Shown piece by piece: positions 52,191-64,000 of a stretch of DNA of 64,000 nt (the first letter of the stretch is position 1; every line of letters starts with the position of its first letter). Source of the stretch: Malacoraja senta (lineage: Eukaryota); contig CM075980.1 in the NCBI GenBank assembly GCA_038087875.1, forward strand, positions 9,362,001 to 9,426,000, given 5' to 3'. The notes beneath the pieces are model-generated. The model worked only from the letters and a program-made list of their open reading frames with translations, did not search any database and was not told the origin of the DNA. The position numbers were made by a program, and so were the translations under genes.

Positions 52191-52784
52191 CCCAATACTA
52201 CCACATTATTTACCATATCAATCTTTGATTCCTCACCTTATCAAATGCCTGCTCGAAATTATATCTGCCTGGCATGGTACTTCTTCAAAGCCTTTCGGTA
52301 AATTGGTGAAACATCCTTTATAAATTCATAAATTATAGGACCAGAATTTGGCCTTTCGGCTCACTAATAATACCCCGCCATTCTATCACGCTTGATTTTC
52401 CTCTCCCTCTCAACTCCATTCTCGTGACTTCTTCCCATAACCCTTAACACTCTTACTAATCAACAACCAATCAATCTCCACCTTAAAAATATCATTTGAC
52501 TTGGCTTCCACAGCATTCTGTGGCAATTAATTTTGCACATTTACCACCGTCTGACTAAAGGAATTCCTCCTCATCACCTTTTGTAAATGTATGTCCTTAT
52601 ATTCCGAGGCTATAACCTTTGGTCCGAGACATCCCCGCTCATCGAAACATCCACTCCACAACCACTCTATCCAGGCCTTTCACAATTCGGTTAGTTTTAA
52701 TGAGGTCTCTCCTCTCATCCTTATAAACTATATAGCGAGCATGGATCCAGTGCCGTCAAACGCTCATTACACGTTAACCCAATT

Positions 52785-53654
52785 GAATGAATGAATAGGT
52801 TTAGTGGCCAAGTATGTACACATACAGGGAATTTGTCTTGGTGCTCCACTCGCAAGTAACAACACGACATACAGTAACCCCTTAGGAATAAAACATTTAT
52901 TAAAACATTAAGAATAAAACATTATAGTTTAAACATGTGAATGAAATAAAATACCAGAGCAAAAGGAGACTGCAGACTTTTAGTTATTGAGTAGAGCTAC
53001 TGCTCGTGGAAAAAAAGCTGTTTTTATGTCTGACTGTGGCGGCTTTGAAGGTCCAGAATAGCCTTCCAGAGGGAAGAGCTTCAAATAGTTTGTGGCCTGG
53101 GTGAGAGGGTTCAGAGACAATCTTACTGGCTCGCTTCCTGGCCCTTACAGTGTACAGTTCGTCAATGGGGGGAAGGTTGCAGCCAGTAATCTTCTCAGCT
53201 GATCGAACGATTCCCTGCAGCCTCCGGATGTCGTGCTTGGTGGCTGAGCCAAACCAGACTATGATGGAAAAAGTGAGGACAGACTCTACGATTGTAGTAT
53301 AGAATTGGGCTATCATTGCCTGTGACAGAATGTGTTTCGTCAACTGCCGCAGGAAGTACATCCCCTGTTGGGCCTTTTTGACTGTCGAATCGATGGTGGC
53401 CCCCCATTTAAGGTCCTTGGAGATGATGGTTCCAAGGAACTTAAAGGACTCTGCAGATGTGACTGCAGCGTTGTCAATGGTGAGTTGGGGGGGGGGGGAG
53501 ATGGGGGGCTCTCCTAAAGTCTAATATCAATTCCACCATCTTAAGAGCATTGAGCTCTAGATTGTTACGAAGAAACCAGGTCGCCAGATATGTCACTTCC
53601 TGTCTGTAGGCAGATTCTACCTCATCCTGGATCAGTCCAATCAGGGCTGTGTCG
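52785..53654 (-). mobile_element. 5'-truncated Rex1-like LINE inserted into a CR1 fragment
   Basis: ORF 52984-53361 (YFLRQL, FYTTIVESVLTFSIIVWFG, SHPGHKLF..LPSGR); (ATTC)n tail; absent from units 1 and 2. Confidence 0.8.
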
Positions 53655-55396
53655 TCCCTGGGATCCCAGGGATCCCTGGGATCACCCTCGTAAACCTCCT
53701 CTGGACCCTCTCCAACGCCAGCTCATCCTTCCTCAGATTGGAGCCCAAAACTGTTCACAACACTCCAAATGCGGTCTGACCAGTGCCTTATAAAGGCTCA
53801 GCATTACATCCCTGTTTTTGTATTTTGTTTTTGTGTTCTGGCCCACTCGAAAGAAATGCTAGCATTGCATTCGCATTCCCGACTACCGACTTGTAAATTA
53901 CCTTTTGGGGAATCCTGCACCAGCACTCCCAAGCCCCTTTCCCCCTATCATTTCTGAATTTTCTCTCTTTCTCAACGACATTTTGACTTTTGCGAGATGA
54001 CCTTATTGATCATTTTGTCAGTACCCTTTATATCGTTTTAGTAACAGCTTGCAATATTTCTGTCTCTCTTCCTTTCGGAATGAAAATGATCACCAAGGAA
54101 CGTCCATGGTAGTTTTAAAATAAAAATTCAAAGCAATGAATTCAGCGCTGCAATGGGATGAATTAAGATTCTAGAATGAATTACAATACATCTTAAGACC
54201 CTATCAGCCCGTGGCTCTATCAACTTCCTAATGATTGCAACTTTTTTGAGTTTGTTCCTTGCTTCCACTACCATGTCTGCAGCCGTTTCTGGGATGTTGT
54301 CCGTGTTCTGTAGAGCAGACCGATGAAAAATTACAGTTTACATTATCTGTCATCTCCATGTTCTCTTTAATTTTACCCCAGCCCTTTACTTCAGACCATT
54401 GTCCACTCTGTAGGTTGTAATAACAATGACAGAAATTCTTATTGTCATGCATTTACACTTCTAGCTGGCGTCGAACAATACTTTAATATTTTCGTACTCA
54501 TTGAACCCTTCGTCATATTTCTTTACAATTCGCTGTTCAATTTACTGATTTCCATTCAACTTTGCTCATAGAAAATATTTTTGCTCTTAGTTTAATGCTG
54601 TCTTTAACATGTTTAGATAATCGTGGATGTGTCATGCACTTGGATTTTATTTCTTGTGGCACGTGTGTAGTTTCTGTCTTTTGAATGCTCACATTGAAAC
54701 CTTCCGTCTACATCTGGAATTTCCGATATTTTAATTGAATTTGCTGGTGGACCAAGTTCAAGTTCACATTTAGTGTCACACGCACCAATTATGGTACAGT
54801 GATATTTGAGTTACCGTGCTGCCATACATGTAAAAAGAACACAACACATTCAGCTGGCTCCGTTCCATGGCATGCATTTACCCCTATACAGCATTCCCTC
54901 ACTCCCTCACACTTCAACTTCAATTAATTATGTATTGTTCTTCCCATGCCCTTCAATTCGACCGTCTGAAGCGTCAACGTCTTCTCGTTGTCTCGCATCG
55001 CGATGAAGACATAGTAACAGACTCTCATGTGCCGTTTAATTTGACCATTAAAGTGGACACTTTAAATACATTGAAGGGGCTAATGGTGGAATGGTGACTT
55101 GAGATATTACACGACTGCGAATTATTTGAAGGAAAAGGGAAATGTATTATTTTATAATTATTTGGGAGCTTAAGGGGATTAGTGCAAAGTCTCTATAGTC
55201 CCATCATTGAACGCAACTGACCTTTTACTCAGTAAATAAGAGCCTGCTCGCACACAACAGTCTGAGTCTCAGAGCTTCCCCCCCCCCTCCCTCGCCGCCG
55301 TTGAGATCACCGTTGTCTGCTATTCTCCTCCCACTTAAAACAATATGAATATTTCTTTCTCCCAATGGACTGGAGCTGCAGAAATATCATTTTACA

Positions 55397-55554
55397 TCGA
55401 GCCAATAATTCAGTGAATCGATGTCACGTGGATAAAGATTAGCATGAATAATTAATAATTAGTGACGTTGGGATGCTGAAGACTTTAAAAGAGAAACTTC
55501 CAAAGGGCTCAAAACCGCGCTTGTGCAGCAAAATATTCCTTTATCACCTTCAAC
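55397..55554 (+). promoter_or_regulatory. IgL cluster 4 proximal promoter
   Basis: CCAAT, TCACGTGG, octamer variant ATTAGCAT (55438-55445), TTTAAAA. Confidence 0.55.
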
Positions 55555-55600
55555 ATGGCTGAATGGGTTTGGGTTCTTGCCTTGGTGACCTGTTTCCACT
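55555..55600 (+). CDS. IGL: IgL cluster 4 leader exon (MAEWVWVLALVTCFH)
   Basis: ATG at 55555, GTGAGT donor at 55601. Confidence 0.9.
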
Positions 55601-55694
55601 GTGAGTAGAGCGCAAAATGATTAATATTGTATCGTTTTACATTTTGCTGTGTTTTTTCTAATGGTTCTGTATATTTATCTATTTTTTCTATCAG

Positions 55695-56036
55695 CTATAA
55701 ACGCGGAGATTACCTTGACTCAGGTCCCGGCTATATCAACCTCGCCGGGAACAACTGTCAAAATCACCTGTACCCTGTCAGGGGGCAGCATCGGTAGCTA
55801 CCACAGGAGCTGGTACTGGCAGAAGCCGGACAGCACCCCTGTCTTCGTGTGGTATCAAGGCTCCACCAGAGGCACCGGAATTCCAGACAGATTCACGGGT
55901 TCCACGGACTCATCCATGAACCAAATGCATTTAACCATCACCAACGTGCAATCGGAGGACGCTGCCGATTATTACTGTGGTGTGACGGATGACAGTACAT
56001 TCACCTTTGGGAGAGGAACCAAACTGAATCTAAGCA
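55695..56036 (+). CDS. IGL: IgL cluster 4 germline-joined VJ exon (CDR3 CGVTDDSTFTF, 2 aa shorter)
   Basis: Acceptor TCAG|CT, donor GTAAGT at 56037; 342 nt; intact frame. Confidence 0.95.
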
Positions 56037-57045
56037 GTAAGTAAAGTATTCACGGTGTGAAACACGAATCTTTGAACTTAGGTTTTGCTTTCCATCATAA
56101 ATCCTCGGTAGAAAGATCCTATTAGACCTAAGTAGAACACAACGGGTCAGGCAGCATCTCCGGTAGACGATGGCCAATGTTTCGTGTCGGAACCTTTGCG
56201 AGACTTCCCCGAACGGTAATATCATCTATCTATATCCTCCAGAGATGCTGTCTGATCCGCTGGATTACTTCAGCACTTTGTGTTGTATTCAAGATGCCAA
56301 CATTCGCGGTTCCTTGTTTCTCCTACGTGAACGTGTTTTTTTCATAATCCTCTACCTCCATCCCTACAACACTCCGAGAAATCTGCGCTCACCTAACCGT
56401 GGCTTCTTGATCATCGCGGAATTTAACGCCTTCACATACTGACAGCTGTGTTTCAAATGCGAAGTTGTTCAATTCTGGAATGATCTCCTGAAGCTCTATT
56501 TCCCCCTTTCTTCCCTGATGTTCATGAAACCTGCTCCTTTAACCGAAATGCTGATTCTCTGATTCGAAGTATCCTCAAGTGGCGGGTTTCGTCCGAGACT
56601 GCTGCTATTGACCACTTTACTTCAATATAAGCGTAATGCAAACGAAAACTGTTGCCGTTACTTGAAGAAATGCTCGGGAAATTATGAGATTGTATTAGTT
56701 TACGGTATATTGTGGACGCTGAGAATACCAACTCTGAGAGTGGGCCAAATAGAATCATTGGAAGCATCCAAAGGAAAGTTAATAAACATTTGGCAAGGGA
56801 TGTTGGTGAATTTAAATGGGATATTTTTGAAATTGCAAATACCCATTAGGGCAAATTGCGCGAAGTTGATTTCTGATCGTTTTAATGATACCACGAGGGT
56901 GAAGTGGCGTTTCGACAGGTTTACATGCGCTCCCTACAACAGCGCCAAAACTAATTGTCAGGGAAAAGTTTAAAAAAAATATGTAAACGCTTCGCACGGC
57001 ACCATTTCAATTCCCTTTACGCGAAAGTGCGCAGGATTGTTGCAA

Positions 57046-57174
57046 AGTGTTAAAGAAGGAACTGCAGGTGCTGGAAAATCTGAAGAAGGGTTTCGGCCCG
57101 AAACGTTGCCTATCTCCTTCGCTCCATAGATGCTGCTGCACCCGCTGAGTTTCTCCAGCTTTTTGTGTACCTGA
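57046..57174. mobile_element. Short internally inverted Penelope-like 3'-end insertion in cluster 4 J-C intron
   Basis: Flanked by GG(A/T)TTGTTGCAA at 57034-57045 and 57175-57186; absent from units 1-3. Confidence 0.75.
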
Positions 57175-58566
57175 GGTTTGTTGCAAGTCTGATTCAGCTC
57201 CGAAATTAGAAACAAGAGTAGAACCGTATTCGGGTTCATTTCTCGTTCAGCAAGCCATTGCCACCTTAGCTGATCACATTTGTGTAGATATGCCGTCAGA
57301 TTCTTTGTACCCGCCTTGTAGAACCTGCAAGGGATTTTGATGCTGGTTCTCCGATTGTCATCGAGTGTATGATGTAGCAGAAAACGCAGACTGTTCATTA
57401 TGTGTTAAACATGATCCCTCTGATTAATGATTTTTTATTTACGGGCAAGCAGTTGGTAGACCGACATTTCAAAAATCTTAAAAGAGCGAGACATGATTTT
57501 GCCATTTTCGGATAAATTAGTGCAGAAATGGGCACACAAGTATACGCGGTTATTGCTGAATTGCTCAGAATCGAAAGATTGGAAGGAAATATTACAGCGT
57601 CTTAAAATTCAGCATTAGGTTGAAATGTTTTTTAAAGCTCGAATATGTCGGATGTTAAACCCAGAGCTGTTTGGATATGTGTCAGAAGGAATATGAATTT
57701 GACCAAAACATTTCTTTAGTTTTACCTTTCATTTTTCTGACCGCCACCATACTTGAATCATGGACTTTCTGGACGATGTGGAAAATTCACTAATAAGCAA
57801 CATTCTAAAGACTATTCCGGGAAAGAATTGGGATTACTATTTAAACAAGCATTGATTTGGAAATGCTGCTCATTCTGCCAGGATGAGTTGTAATTCCATT
57901 TTGTTTCTGCCCGTTTCCATGATCTGAAGAAAATCGTAGGCTACATGTTTTACCAAACCTCGGATGTATCAAATGAGGTTTATAGCTCAACGGTATTTGT
58001 AAAGCATGTGATGAAGGATGTACAAGGTCTTCGAGCCACGGAGTTATGCAGCGGTGGAAGAGACCTCAAGTCCACCTATTTCATGCCGACCGAGGTGCCC
58101 TACTTGAGCTGGTCCCATTTGCGCCTGCCAGGCCCATATCTCTTTGAACCTTTCTTATCCAAGTATTGATTCAAATGTTATTTTAAATGGTGTTATTGTA
58201 CCTGCCTCATCAACTTCGCCGGGGAACTCTTTCCATGGAGTCAACGCATTATGAGTACAAATGTTGCACTGAACCTAAGCCCTCTAATTCTTCATTCTCC
58301 AACTATGGGGAACCCCCTATGTATTCCGTGCGCTAACCCTATGTATTGCCCTCGCGATTTTGTACACCACCATGCGATCACCCTTAGGTCTTCTACACTC
58401 CAAGGACTAACGTCCTCGCATGTCCAATCTATGACTATAGTTCAGGCGTTCGAAACCTGGCACCGTCGTCGTAAATCTTACCTGGAGTCATTCCAGCTGA
58501 ATCGATTCTGACTTTTAACGTCAACTGATAAATAATTCACGTACTTATTTCAATTCTTATTTTCAG

Positions 58567-58889
58567 GTCCGCGGCCCCCCACCGTTTCCATTCTGGCGCC
58601 TTCAATGGGTGAAGTCACCGCAAAAAGTACCGCGACCCTGGTGTGTTTGGTGAGCGGGTTCAATCCGGGCGCTGTGGACATTGAGTGGACCGTAGACGGC
58701 AGTGCGAGAAGTGATGGCGCTGCGAGCAGCCGGGTCCAGCAGGAGAAGGACAACTCGTTCAGTGCGAGCAGTTACCTGACTCTGCCAGCTTCCGACTGGA
58801 ACTCACACGAGCTTTACTCCTGTGTGGTTAAACACGAAACCCAGACTTCCCCGATTAAGGCCAACATCGCCAGATCCAGTTGCCTCTAA
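58567..58889 (+). CDS. IGL: IgL cluster 4 constant exon
   Basis: Acceptor TTTTCAG|GT; intact; ends SSCL*. Confidence 0.95.
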
Positions 58890-60809
58890 TTCAAAGGATC
58901 AGATTCTGGATTTGCTACATTTCTTTGTAAATTAATCCAATATTCAGATGTCGAATGTTCGCTTTAAAAGGGTATTTGTTCAAACGCAGCACGTGTGCAT
59001 TTTGTTGCCTTGAATGCGCTGTCCGTATTTTACGGTGAACTGACAAACAATAATGTAACATTTAATGCAATAAAACCGATTATTCTATTTACGATGCATC
59101 GTTGTAATTTTCTGTGCAAATGTCCTTGCCTTCAATAGAATAAAAACAATAATGTCCGATGATGCCAGTGGGTATAAACTGGCATTTAGTGAAACTTCGT
59201 TATATTTCAAATAAACTGCGTTTTCATGATTGATGATGATCCATGTGTTAGGACAGCTGAAGGAACCGCTTGCAAGTACCCACCGATTGAAGAAATTAGG
59301 TGCAAATCCGTGTCTCCTATTTTGGATATCCCAGAAATACCGAAGTGCAGTCTTGGCATTACGCTAATATGCTTAAAGTAGCCAAATGTCTCTAATCGAT
59401 CCGCACAAAATATCACAATATATCATGAAAAACGCGATGAAAAGTGTGGTTTGACGAATTAGTTAACCGCGGCATTACCGTGGTCTTAAATCAGCTCAAC
59501 ATTAATCAACAGAAGTGGTCATATATTTAAACAGTATAACGAGAGGACTAAAGTTCAGGCTCGTAGGGGAGAACGCTAGACTCATCTTGAAGGGGGGCTT
59601 CGCACCAACAATTAACCGCTGTAAAAGTAGTTACTTCGCGATTCCCAGAAATGGGATAAACAGCTTTTGGGATATGGCAACTGCTTGGATGTTCTTCTCC
59701 GGGAATAAAAAAAAAGTTTAACAGGGGGAATAAATCGTGAAAATTGATGTACTGTGGCTGGGGGGAATCTGCTTCCCATGTGGGTAAGTCCTATCTGTAG
59801 AGACCCTTCATCCAGTACGATGTCAATTTCCAGTAGTAAAATAACAGGTTGGGGACGTTTGCTGTCTATTTTCATCCAATCCATTCCTCCACGGTTATCG
59901 TTCACTCCCTTTTCCCCTTATTTTGTGATTGATTTCACTTCTTGTTCCATTTTCAACCCGAGCCTTTGCCAATTAACCCCCTACCCCCATCTGTTAATCA
60001 ACCCATCTGTCATCAGCTTTCTCCCCTCTGTTCCAATTAGTCTACAGAAGGTTCTCGACCTGCAATGATGCCTCGCCATTCTAATCAGATGTTGCCTGAC
60101 CCGGCGATTCATGTAGAGTCCAATGGCGAAGTCTTGTTTTGCTGGATTTGTCCGGTATTATGACCACCTCTCTGATCGAATTTACCTCTTCAATCCACTT
60201 CTTATCAGACATAACATAATCTCGGAGGCCCTATTAATTAAATGGAGAGCCGAGATTAGAAAGTGAGAGTAGAAAGAAAAGTAACGTTTTATCCTTAAAT
60301 ATATACTATTTTCATTTTCATGAATCAGCTTTTCCAACTATATAATTAATTTAAAAAATGTGATTTTTTAAAGAAACAAATCTCGTATTTTATAGTTTTA
60401 CTGCCCCTTGTAAAATTGAAGTAATTAGGTGGGGGAAGCCTCAAAGTTAGTGACAGAAGGAGAAACACCGTCCTCAGCATTCCCCGGTCTTGTTCCAGGG
60501 CGAGGGCTTGATTGCTGGCTTGCATGAAGCCGACAACTCCTGGGGCCTTGTTGCTACCTTCCGCATCCGAAGCAGGTAAATGTGGACGGACGGCGGACCG
60601 CAACTGGAACAATTCGCATGATATTCGATTACAATTCGATACCCAACATTCTCACAATTCCACTTATGAAGCTCTCTACGTATAGATATCAGTTAATGCA
60701 ATAGTCGTTACAAAGCCATAAATGACCGATATTTTCCACCATGGCCACGGTACATTATGATTCGTTGTTCACTAAATGCTGGAGCTACGAACGTTTTCAA
60801 ACAAGGGAG

Positions 60810-61546
60810 AGGGGCACATTGGCCCAGCGCTGGAATTGCTGCCTTATAGCGCCAGGGACCCGGGTTCATTCCCGACTACGGGTGCTGTCTGTATGACATT
60901 TGTACATTCTCCCCGTAGCCGCGTGGGATTTCTCTGGGTGCTCCGGTTTCCTCCCACGTTCCAAAGACGTACAGGTATTTTTAGATTTTTTACCTTCTGT
61001 AAATTGTCCCTAATGGATAGATATACTATATGGGCTGATTGCTGGTCGGTGTTGACTCGATTAGCCGAAGGGCCTGTTTCCACGCTGTACTGAAGTAAAC
61101 TAAACACTTCCGTCCACGAACTTACTGGATTAGAATGCTCGTCCGTTTCTTCACTTCCTAGTTCAGTTGCAAAAATAAGACAAAGTGTCATATTCGCCAC
61201 GACAACAGCGCCCCCCCCCTCCCCATCAACCCCTGAAGCTCCCAAGGATCTATTCTTGGTCCATCCAATTCACATCATACTAATTCATGGGCGGGCACGG
61301 TGGCGCAGCTGTAGAGTTGCTGCGTTACAGCGCTTACAGCGCCAGAGACACGGGTTCGAACCCGGCTACAGGAGCTTCTCTGTACGGAGTTTGTACGTTC
61401 TCCCCATGACCTGCGCGGGGTTACTCCGAGAACTTCGGTTTCTTCCCACACTCCAAAGGATAGTGTTAATGTGCGCGGATCGCTCGTCGATGGGGACTCG
61501 GTGGGCCGACGGGCCTGATTCCGCGCTGTATCTATAAACTAAACTA
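60810..61546 (+). mobile_element. Two V-SINEs (unit 4 copies)
   Basis: Colinear copies of the unit 1 SINEs. Confidence 0.7.
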
Positions 61547-62200
61547 ATGCCTTTGAAACAGGCTGTCGCTCTACAGTTCAACCTCATCATACCCTTCTCC
61601 CAACCCATTCAATGCCAGAGCGTGTACTAGACTTTGTTGAACATAACAAAGTCTCTGACAGATCAGAGCAGTAATTCCACAAACATTTGCATGAAAAGAG
61701 AAAACCCTTTTATTTATTCCCCATCTGAACCGTAATTCCACGATTAAACATGGATATCGCCTAAACGACGCGGGTCGGTGGACTCATCGATCGTGTTCCC
61801 CTCGCGGAGACATGAGTTCCCTGGGCCTCATCTTTCACCCCACCAGCCTCTGCATCCAACACATAATTCTCTGACATTTTCGTCACCCAGGACCTGATTT
61901 AGATGAAGTGAGGCCCTAGGCTGTTCCACTTGTGAGGCCCCTCCCAATCCCCCACCCCCACGACTAGAGGAAGATGGTCCACCAGATTGACACCGATTTG
62001 CAGCCGAGCGTGGCCAATGAGATAAGGGACTGGAAAGCTGCGCTTATTTATTTATTTATTTATTGCCAGTGCTAGTGTCGAGTTATCGGCTTAAATGGAG
62101 GGCAAGGAAAATTACGGAAGGGTTGTTTAGAGACTACAGTGCATTGTGACAGCATATGTAAGAAAGGCCTATGACAGTGTCAAAAATATTATACACCTTG

Positions 62201-62550
62201 CAGGGCTCTCACTTAATTTGTTTTCTCTGTTGTCAGCCGGGCAACCTAGGCAGCTTTTTAAGTTGCCAAATGACAGTTTAGGTGGTCATTTAAGACGGCT
62301 TGCATGACGCGTGCGATAATGTGCTCGGACGAAGTGCATAGTTACCAGTCGGAATTATGCTCAATGAAGCATTCACATATTATTTCTGCTTCAAATAAAG
62401 TCACAAACTAAACATATTCACCAATCAAGACATGATATATACCACAATGACATGCAGCAAAATTATAATACAGTATCTCCTCATTTTACACGTTGCAATG
62501 AATGCAATTTCTATTATTTCTTTCCACTTCCAAACAAAAATGTGGTTGGA
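62201..62550. mobile_element. Possible DNA transposon terminal fragment
   Basis: Begins with CAGGGCTCTCAC (hAT-like CAGGG end); no matching right TIR seen. Confidence 0.3.
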
Positions 62551-62554
62551 TTAT

Positions 62555-63690
62555 TCAGCGTATGATCAACCTCGGTGACACAAAGCGCAGGCTTGGCAAT
62601 CACTTCGCACAACACCTTCACTCAGTTCGCAATAACCAACCTGATCTCCCCCGGTGACTCAACACTTCAACTCCCCTTCCCATTCCGAATCCGACCTTTC
62701 TGTCCTGGGCCTCCTCCATGGCCAGAGTGAGGCCCACCGCATATTCGAGGAGCAGCACCTCCTATTTGCTTGGGTAGTATTTGCTCCCTCCTTCCCCTCC
62801 CATTCCCAGCTCTCCCACAGCCTACTGTCTCCACCTCTTCCTTTCTTTTTCGTGTCTCCCCCCGACATCAATCTGAAGAAGGGTCTCGACCCGAAACGTC
62901 ATCTATTCCTTCGCACCATAGATGCTGCCTTACCCGCTGATTTTCTCCAGCTTTTTTGTCTACCAATGGGATCCCACCACTGGCCACATCTTCCCATCTC
63001 CTCCCCTGTTGGCTTTCCGCAGAGACTGCTCCTTCCGTAACTCCCTGGTTAATTCGCCCCTTCCCACCCAAACCACCCCCTTTCCTGGCACTTTCTCTTG
63101 CAACCGCAGGAAATGCTACACTTGTCGCTTTACCTCCCGCCTTGACTCCATTCACGAACCCAAGCAGTCTTTCCGGGTGCGGCAGAGGTTCACCTGCACC
63201 TCCTCCAATCTCATATATTGCATCCACTGCTCTAGGTGTCAGCTGCTCTACATCGGTGAGACCAAGCGTAGGCTTGGCGATCGCTTTACCCAACACCTCC
63301 GTTCGTTTGCAGTAACCAACCTGATCTCCCGGTGGCTCAGCACTTCAACTCCCCCTCCCATTCCGAATCCGACCTTTCTGTCCTGGGCCTCTTCCATGGC
63401 CAGAGTGAGGCCCACCGTAAATTGGAGGAGCAGCACCTCATATTTCGCTTGGGCAGTTTACACCCCAACGGTATGAACATTGACTTCTTCAATTTCAGGT
63501 AGTCCCTGCTTTCTCCTCCCCTTCCCAGCTCTCCCTCAGCCTACTGTCTCCGCCTCTTCCTTTCTTCTTCCCGTCCCCCCCACCCTCACATCAGTCTGAA
63601 GAAGGGTCTCGATCTGAAACGTCACCTATTTCCTTCGCTCCATAGTTGCTGCCTCACCCGCTGAGTTTCTCCAGCATTTTTGTCTACCCA
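62555..63690 (+). mobile_element. Penelope-like element 3' part with upstream partial tandem copy (pseudo-LTR arrangement)
   Basis: ORF 62922-63476 with C..C.TC and FTCTSSNLIYCIHCSRCQLLYIGETKRRLGDRF (GIY-YIG); a diverged copy of the 3' about 390 nt sits at 62555-62950. Confidence 0.8.
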
Positions 63691-63699
63691 TTCAAACAA

Positions 63700-63870
63700 G
63701 TTCTGTTATCCCACTTTCCTCACCCACTCCCTACACATTAGGGGCAATTTTACAGACAAGTTAACCTACAAACCAATGCATCTTTGGGATGTGGGAGGAA
63801 ACCCACACGCTTGCAGGGAGAATGTGCAAATTCAACACAGACAGTGCCCGAGGACAGGATCGAACAGGAT
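63700..63870 (-). mobile_element. V-SINE fragment
   Basis: GTGGGAGGAAACC (reverse complement of the V-core) and CAGGATCGAAC (reverse complement of a B-box). Confidence 0.55.
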
Positions 63871-64000
63871 CTCTGTTTTCCAACACACAAAATATAATAC
63901 GTTGATAACTTTGGTTACTAAAAAAATGAAAATATCCATTTTCAGTCCTAAATCTCCAAGTGACGCTATGTCCCCCTTTACAGCTACTGTATGTTTTAAT

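Larger units (their letters stand above)
36841..55347 (+). repeat. Tandem IgL cluster unit 3
   Basis: Colinear; spacer more diverged, with private MITE, L2 and Rex1-like insertions; lacks the CR1 found in units 1 and 2. Confidence 0.95.
55348..61887 (+). repeat. Tandem IgL cluster unit 4 (partial spacer)
   Basis: Colinear with unit 1 up to TTTTCGTCACC (unit 1 about 7748), then unrelated sequence. Confidence 0.9.

Noticed and set aside
1-64000. Prokaryotic features (CRISPR arrays, operons, rRNA or tRNA genes)
   Set aside because: The sequence is vertebrate. tRNA-like A/B boxes belong to SINE heads, and no regular repeat-spacer array was seen.

Overview
Cartilaginous-fish DNA (probably a skate/ray, judging from the repeat families) containing a head-to-tail array of four immunoglobulin light-chain clusters of the lambda (type II/NS3) class, with a period of about 18.3-18.6 kb (units start at 1, 18251, 36841 and 55348; homology ends at about 61887). 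Each cluster is leader exon - germline-joined VJ exon - C exon, with intact frames and splice sites and no RSS between V and J. The spacers are mosaics of CR1, Rex1-like, L1, L2-group and Penelope-like retroelements, V-SINEs and one MITE; several insertions are private to one unit. Four observations stand out. (i) Near-identical paralogues differ mainly at CDR2/CDR3, often by contiguous 2-3 nt substitutions. (ii) Cluster 2 looks like a chimera from unequal crossover in the J-C intron. (iii) A perfect heptamer, 22-bp spacer and 7/9 nonamer (cryptic RSS) sits in every leader exon over the splice donor. (iv) The promoter octamer-like site differs between clusters. All comparisons were made by eye without tools. 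Boundaries of old repeats are approximate.
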